Of a DNA stretch of 64,000 bases, positions 58,778 to 64,000 are shown piece by piece. The position numbers and the translations under genes were made by a program. A model generated the notes under the pieces. That model was not told the DNA's origin and made no database searches. It saw nothing but the letters and a program-made list of their open reading frames with translations. Source of the DNA: Candidatus Azambacteria bacterium (GTDB lineage Bacteria > Patescibacteriota > Minisyncoccia > UBA10092); NCBI GenBank assembly GCA_016213445.1, contig JACRAJ010000001.1, positions 142,203 to 206,202 on the forward strand. Reading direction: 5' to 3'. Each line of letters begins with the position of its first letter. Positions within the stretch are counted from its first letter, which is position 1.

Positions 58778-59515
58778 ATGAACGAACTTAAATTAGAACC
58801 GGATTTCAATATTCCGCTCAATGTTGTTTATGAAGACGAAAATGTTGTCGTTTTAAACAAGCAGGCGGGGATTTCGGTTCATCCGTCCGCCAATGAGCCG
58901 CAAGGGACTTTGGTTAACGCATTGATAGCGAAATATCCGGAAATAAAAAATGTCGGCGAAGATCCGATTCGCCCGGGCATTGTTCACCGCCTCGATAAAG
59001 ACACTTCGGGAATTATGGTTGTTGCCAGAAACCAGAAAACTTTCGAATTTTTAAAAAGAGAATGGCAGGAAAAGCTTGTCGTTAAAAAATATTTAGCTTT
59101 GGTTTGGGGCCATCTCAAAAAGGAAGAGGGAGAAATAATTTCCGAAATTATAAGGTCGCCGAAGGATTTCAGAAAAAGAATAGTGGCGCGGCCGGAAAAG
59201 CAAAAAAGCGGGAAAATAAAAGGCAAGTTGGCGATTACGGAATATAAAGTCGTTGAAAAATTCAAGGATTATTCTTTGGTCGAGGTTTACCCGAAAACGG
59301 GCAGAATGCACCAGATAAGGGTGCATATGGCGTCGCTCGGCCACCCCGTGGCGGGGGATAAAGTTTACGGCAAAGGCAAAAAAAGCCCGGAAGGCTTAGT
59401 TCGCCAGTTTCTCCATGCGTTTTATTTGCGATTTTTTTTGGCCGGGCGCTCGCTTGCTTTCGAGGCGGATTTGCCGGAAGATTTAAAGCGAGTGTTGACG
59501 AAATTGGAAAAATAG
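58778..59515 (+). CDS. RluA/RluD family pseudouridine synthase
   Basis: NKQAG..VHP, HRLDKDTSG, TGRMHQIRVH, GD..YG. Confidence 0.95.
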   Translation: MNELKLEPDFNIPLNVVYEDENVVVLNKQAGISVHPSANEPQGTLVNALIAKYPEIKNVGEDPIRPGIVHRLDKDTSGIMVVARNQKTFEFLKREWQEKLVVKKYLALVWGHLKKEEGEIISEIIRSPKDFRKRIVARPEKQKSGKIKGKLAITEYKVVEKFKDYSLVEVYPKTGRMHQIRVHMASLGHPVAGDKVYGKGKKSPEGLVRQFLHAFYLRFFLAGRSLAFEADLPEDLKRVLTKLEK

Positions 59516-59539
59516 TGGCATAATGGGCGAGTTAAATTT

Positions 59540-59992
59540 ATGACCGATAAAATAAAAACATTTGATAAAAATAATTTGAGAAACGACATTCCGGAAATAA
59601 GATCCGGAATGAAGGCGCGTGTTTGGCAAAAGGTAAAAGAAGGCGATAAAGAGCGGCTTCAGGCGTTTGAAGGAGTGGTTATTGCCGCAAAGCATGGCCG
59701 CGGAAAAACCGGCGATTTTACCGTTCGGAAAATTTCAAGCGGCGTGGGCGTTGAAAGAATTTTTCCCTTTCATGCTCCGACCATCGAAAAAATCGAAATT
59801 TTATCGCAAGCGAAAGTGCGCCGTGCCAAGCTTTACTATTTGCGCGGCCGCATCGGCAAAAAAGCGAGAATGAAGCAAGTGGAGCTCGCCGAAATCGCGG
59901 CGCCGGTTGTTGAAACAAAACAGAAGGAAGCGGCATCCGAAGTTATTGAACAAGAACAAGAAGCAACCCCGGAAGTTCCGGCAACAGAGTAA
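59540..59992 (+). CDS. rplS: 50S ribosomal protein L19
   Basis: [18 protein letters not shown]...[18 protein letters not shown]. Confidence 0.98.
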   Translation: MTDKIKTFDKNNLRNDIPEIRSGMKARVWQKVKEGDKERLQAFEGVVIAAKHGRGKTGDFTVRKISSGVGVERIFPFHAPTIEKIEILSQAKVRRAKLYYLRGRIGKKARMKQVELAEIAAPVVETKQKEAASEVIEQEQEATPEVPATE

Positions 59993-60068
59993 TAAAAATC
60001 GGCTTTAAAGCCGATTTTTGTTTCGCAGTATTTGGCATACGCTATTAACTTGAGATATAATATAATTA

Positions 60069-60719
60069 ATGAGGTCGCTAAGTAAAGTAAAAATTAAATG
60101 GTCTCCAGAATTCGCGTATGCTTTAGGACTTTTGGCTACAGACGGTAATCTGTCTATCGATGGCAGACATTTTGATTTTACATCTAAAGATATGGAGCAA
60201 TTGGAGAATTTTATGAAGTGTCTCGATATTTGTGTAAAAATTGGTTACAAAACATCGGGATTTACTGGAAAAAAATTGCCACATATTCAATTTGGAGATG
60301 TTAATTTTTATAAATTCTTATTAGATATTGGTTTTATGCCAAAAAAATCAAAGATTATAACAAGTATTAAAATTCCAAATAAATATTTCTTTGATTTTTT
60401 GAGAGGGCATTTTGATGGCGATGGTAGTTTTTATTCGTATTGGGATCCACGTTGGAAATCAAGCTACATGTTTTATACTACATTTGTTTCTGCCAGCAAG
60501 AAACATATAGAGTGGCTTAGAAATGAAATACAGAAACTCTTAAATATCGGAGGGCATATCGCTAAGGGTGGCGCCAGTTCCGTTTATCAATTAAGATATG
60601 CGAAGGCAGAATCGTTGAAATTATTGCCAAGGATGTATTACAATAATAAAGTTATTTGTTTATTTCGAAAGCGCTTGAAAATAGAAAAAGCTTTTAAAAT
60701 AGAGGATAAAAAATTATAG
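60069..60719 (+). CDS. Free-standing LAGLIDADG endonuclease-like protein
   Basis: Two motifs: AYALGLLATDG and FLRGHFDGDGS; AT-rich codon usage. Confidence 0.88.
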   Translation: MRSLSKVKIKWSPEFAYALGLLATDGNLSIDGRHFDFTSKDMEQLENFMKCLDICVKIGYKTSGFTGKKLPHIQFGDVNFYKFLLDIGFMPKKSKIITSIKIPNKYFFDFLRGHFDGDGSFYSYWDPRWKSSYMFYTTFVSASKKHIEWLRNEIQKLLNIGGHIAKGGASSVYQLRYAKAESLKLLPRMYYNNKVICLFRKRLKIEKAFKIEDKKL

Positions 60720-60728
60720 AAAATTTAT

Positions 60729-60815
60729 GCGCGGGTGCTGTAATTGGTAGCCAGGCCAGCTTGAGGTGCTGGTGCCCGTAAGGGCGTGGAGGTTCGAGTC
60801 CTCTCCCGCGCACCA
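60729..60815 (+). tRNA. tRNA-Leu(GAG)
   Basis: Long variable arm; anticodon loop TTGAGGT; encoded CCA. Confidence 0.95.
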
Positions 60816-60886
60816 GAAGGGGTCCAGCGTTCGCGTTGGCCCCTTTTCATTTGTAATAACATTGAAATTGTGATAATATTTTTCAT

Positions 60887-61183
60887 ATGGAGCCTCCTAA
60901 GGAAAAATTTGAAATTTCGGAAATGGAAAAGTTTTTGGAAAAGCATGAGCTTCGTCATATTCATTCCGATGTTTTTGAAAGAATCATAACTTTGGTAATT
61001 GCCGCTTTAGGTTTAATCGCCGCTCTCGCGTGGGACGAAGCACTAAGGCATATTTTTGAAAACCTATTCGGTGGCAAAGGAACTTTGTTGGAAGAAATTT
61101 CATATGCAGTAGTGATAACAACTCTTGCGGCTTTTATTTCAGTGCGTTTGGGAAAACTTTTTTCCAAACGCAAGAGGGAATAA
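60887..61183 (+). CDS. Small membrane protein (DUF5654-like)
   Basis: LGLIAALAW.EA...F......YAV..T motif. Confidence 0.8.
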   Translation: MEPPKEKFEISEMEKFLEKHELRHIHSDVFERIITLVIAALGLIAALAWDEALRHIFENLFGGKGTLLEEISYAVVITTLAAFISVRLGKLFSKRKRE

Positions 61184-61259
61184 TCCAAATTTCTTAAATG
61201 CCGCCAAAGAAAAATTGGAAATTGTTATCGGTGCGGCGGAGCCGCCTTTCTGTATTTTC

Positions 61260-61420
61260 GCGGGGGGACTTCCTCGCCGCCTGCGGCGGCGAAATGCGTT
61301 CGGACTAATTCAAGAATACTGCACCAAAACTTACTTTGTCGGAAATGACTGCTCCGCGCGGCGAGTACGCCGCGCTCCGCAAGGCAAAATCCGCTTTTGT
61401 TTTCGCCGTGAAATCCCATA
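61260..61420 (-). repeat. Degenerate attP-like recombinase-tail remnant
   Basis: Minus strand encodes WDF... and FWCSILELVRTHF; GCACCA at 61321-61326 equals the tRNA-Leu 3' end (60810-60815). Confidence 0.6.
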
Positions 61421-61455
61421 ATCTTCCCCGATAGGGGAACTGTTTAAAAATAATT

Positions 61456-63546
61456 ATGGAATTTTTAAATCATTTTTTGCAAACAATCCAACACCTGGGA
61501 GTATTTGGATATTTGCTAATTTTATTTATTTCTTTAGCGGAGTCATTTCCGTTTTTAGGTTTAATCGTCCCCGGCGCTATTATTGTCGGGCTTTTTGGAT
61601 TTTTCTCGGCGCAAGGGTATCTCGACATCGGGGATTTGATTTGGTTTTCCGCCATCGGCGCGATACTCGGGGACGGCATAAGTTATTACTTGGGAACAAA
61701 AGGAACAAAACTTTTTCGCCAAGAAAACAAAATACTTAAATTGAGCCATTTGGAAAAAGGCGAGAATTTTTTCAGGAAGCACGGCAACAAAAGCATATTT
61801 CTGGGCAGATTTATAGGTCCGCTTAGATCCATTATTCCGTTTGTCGCGGGACTCTTCCGAATGGACAAAAAGGTCTTCTTGTTTTGGAACGTCGCGAGCG
61901 GAATTCTTTGGGCTGTTTCTTTTCTGCTCCTTGGCTATTTCTTCGGCGGCGCATTAAAAACAATTGAAATCTGGTCGAGCCGAGCAGGAATTTTTATCTT
62001 AGCAATTGTTGCGTCTCTCATCATCATCCGCATTCTTACAAAATACATACCGCCATTTTTCGCTTTTCTAAAATCGATATCTTTATCCATTAAGGAAGCT
62101 GTTGTTGCCAATCCTGACGTAAAACATTTTGTTGAAAAACACCCGGTATTTTTCAAGTTCACCAGCCAGAGATTAAATAGGGGTAGATTCTCCGGTCTGC
62201 CGCTCACGTTTCTTAGCGTAGCTTTTGTATACGTGTTGTTTCTTTTTCTCGGCGTTATTGAAGATATCCTTACCTCTGATGTTATTATCGCGGTGGATAT
62301 GCGAGTGGCAAATCTTTTATTTACCTTTCGCGACGCCGAGCTTGTAAAAATTTTCACTTGGATAACATTGCTTGCGAAATGGCAGATAGTCGTAAGTTCG
62401 GCAATTGTTCTTTCTGTCATTCTTTGGTTATGGAAGAAAAGAATATATCTGCTTCCGCTTTGGGTGACGCTTGCCGGAAGCGAGCTTTTTAATTCTCTCG
62501 GAAAACTGGCATTTCACCGTCCGCGACCCGATGCCTCGTTGTATATTGAAGACACTTTCTCTTTTCCGTCAGGACATTCAACGATAGCCGTCGCGTTTTA
62601 CGGTTTTCTCATATACATCTTGTTCCGGCACATTAAAAAATGGAAGTATAAAGTCAATGTTCTATTTTTCGGCATCATATTGATTTTGGCAATCGGCTTG
62701 AGCCGTATATATCTCGGCGTTCATTTTTTGAGCGATGTGTGGGGCGGCTATCTTTTGGGCGCGCTTTGGCTTCTCATAGGAATTACTGTTTCGGAATGGT
62801 TGCGGCATCGCAAACCATTACTATTATTCACTTCGACACAAAAAACCAAGATTGCCGTTTTAATTTTTATTCTTGCGGAGCTCGCTTTTTATGTGAATTT
62901 TGCCCTCCGTTACAATCCGCCTGTCGCGCGCCAAGAAAAGCCGGGTGTGATTGTAGCCGCCGATGCGTTGGATATATTCGGAGATAAAGAAATTTCTCGC
63001 TTTACTGAAACGTTGTTTGGTGAACGACAAGAGCCTTTAAGTTTTATTGTCATTGCCAAAAATGACCAACTGCTTATAGACGCCATGCGAAAAGCCGGTT
63101 GGTATCGGGCCGACACGGCAACTTTTATTTCCGTGGCGAAGCTTGCAAAGTCCGCAATATCAAACGAAAATTATCCGACTGCGCCGATGACGCCTTCATT
63201 TTGGGATGCCAGGGTTCACGATTTCGGTTTTGAAAAACCGACCGAAGCGCAAAGCGCGCGCGAGCGGCATCATGCGAGATTTTGGCGCGCGCAATTTGAA
63301 ACCAAAAACGGCAATCGTGTTTATGTCGGAACGGCGAGCCAAGACATTGGCGTAAAGTGGCTCATTACGCACACTATAAAACCCGATATCGATACGGAAA
63401 GAGAAATTTTGTTTTCCGATTTAGAAAACGCCGGCGCCATATCGAGTTTTACGAAAGAAAAATTTGTAGAGCCGACGCTTGGCACAAATTTTTCCGGAGA
63501 TCAATTTTTCACTGACGGGAAGGCGTATGTAATTATTTTAAAATAA
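61456..63546 (+). CDS. DedA + PAP2 phosphatase + LssY-C fusion membrane protein
   Basis: F.GRFIGPLR (DedA), RPRP..SFPSGH..SRIYLGVH..SDV (PAP2), RHHAR.W, I.PDID.ER (LssY_C). Confidence 0.92.
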   Translation: MEFLNHFLQTIQHLGVFGYLLILFISLAESFPFLGLIVPGAIIVGLFGFFSAQGYLDIGDLIWFSAIGAILGDGISYYLGTKGTKLFRQENKILKLSHLEKGENFFRKHGNKSIFLGRFIGPLRSIIPFVAGLFRMDKKVFLFWNVASGILWAVSFLLLGYFFGGALKTIEIWSSRAGIFILAIVASLIIIRILTKYIPPFFAFLKSISLSIKEAVVANPDVKHFVEKHPVFFKFTSQRLNRGRFSGLPLTFLSVAFVYVLFLFLGVIEDILTSDVIIAVDMRVANLLFTFRDAELVKIFTWITLLAKWQIVVSSAIVLSVILWLWKKRIYLLPLWVTLAGSELFNSLGKLAFHRPRPDASLYIEDTFSFPSGHSTIAVAFYGFLIYILFRHIKKWKYKVNVLFFGIILILAIGLSRIYLGVHFLSDVWGGYLLGALWLLIGITVSEWLRHRKPLLLFTSTQKTKIAVLIFILAELAFYVNFALRYNPPVARQEKPGVIVAADALDIFGDKEISRFTETLFGERQEPLSFIVIAKNDQLLIDAMRKAGWYRADTATFISVAKLAKSAISNENYPTAPMTPSFWDARVHDFGFEKPTEAQSARERHHARFWRAQFETKNGNRVYVGTASQDIGVKWLITHTIKPDIDTEREILFSDLENAGAISSFTKEKFVEPTLGTNFSGDQFFTDGKAYVIILK

Positions 63547-63617
63547 TGGGATAGCATGAAATATAGTCGTGTTTATGTTATCATGTGAACATGATTATTA
63601 TTTCAATGAACAATTTT

Positions 63618-64000
63618 ATGAAAAAAACATTTATTGCGGTAGCGATGGGTTTGTTTGTGTTAACGGGCAGCGTGGCGTTTGCCCAGAGCGGACAAGCCGC
63701 GCTTCCTTCGGCCGGTTTGACTCCAGAAAGCTCTTTCTATTTCCTTGAAGATTGTGAGTGAAGAAAAAACATCCGGCAAAGATGTTGCCGCCCTTGCCAA
63801 GACACTCAATGATGAATTTGACGCAAGGGACAAACTTTTGGAACAAACTTTCAAAGACGCCAAAGCGCAACTCAAAGCCCAGCGCAAAGAAATCAAAACC
63901 AATCTTCTTAAAGAGGCGCGCCGCGTCGGAGACACCGCGCAGATAGCAGTATTGGAAGCGCAACTCAATGACATTGACGGGCAGATTGACGCGCTTGGAC
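63618..64000 (+). pseudogene. Frameshifted secreted coiled-coil protein (DUF5667-like)
   Basis: Signal peptide then AGLTPESSFYFL, stop at 63759-63761; coiled-coil reading continues in another frame to window end. Confidence 0.6.

Noticed and set aside
1..64000. Additional remote DGR variable repeats; alternative genetic code
   Set aside because: No second match to the TR 3' end noticed by eye; TGA, TAA and TAG all terminate conserved genes at expected positions

Overview
Origin-proximal chromosomal segment of a Patescibacteria (CPR, Parcubacteria-like) bacterium; taxon inferred from gene content and style. It runs from dnaA-rpmH-rnpA-yidC-jag through a VirB4/PrgI/VirB6/pilin-like membrane cluster and housekeeping genes (rsmA, pcrA, comM, pnp, rpsO, xerC, rny, hup, cca, gyrA, rpsA, ftsH, rplS), a copper-resistance operon and 14 tRNA genes. 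Three systems stand out. (1) A complete diversity-generating retroelement at 34.1-36.6 kb: the 126-bp VR/TR pair differs at 13 positions, all TR adenines, and avd is encoded antisense between TR and RT. (2) A large serine recombinase at tRNA-Ala whose 3' end contains its att site. Two nested inverted repeat pairs would let it flip its own gene and swap its C-terminus, and related recombinase-tail remnants occur at tRNA-Gly and tRNA-Leu. (3) Four dispersed copies of a ~150-bp multi-stem element with compensatory base changes and invariant junction motifs, which I do not recognise as any known family. All alignments were done by eye; no database searches were run.
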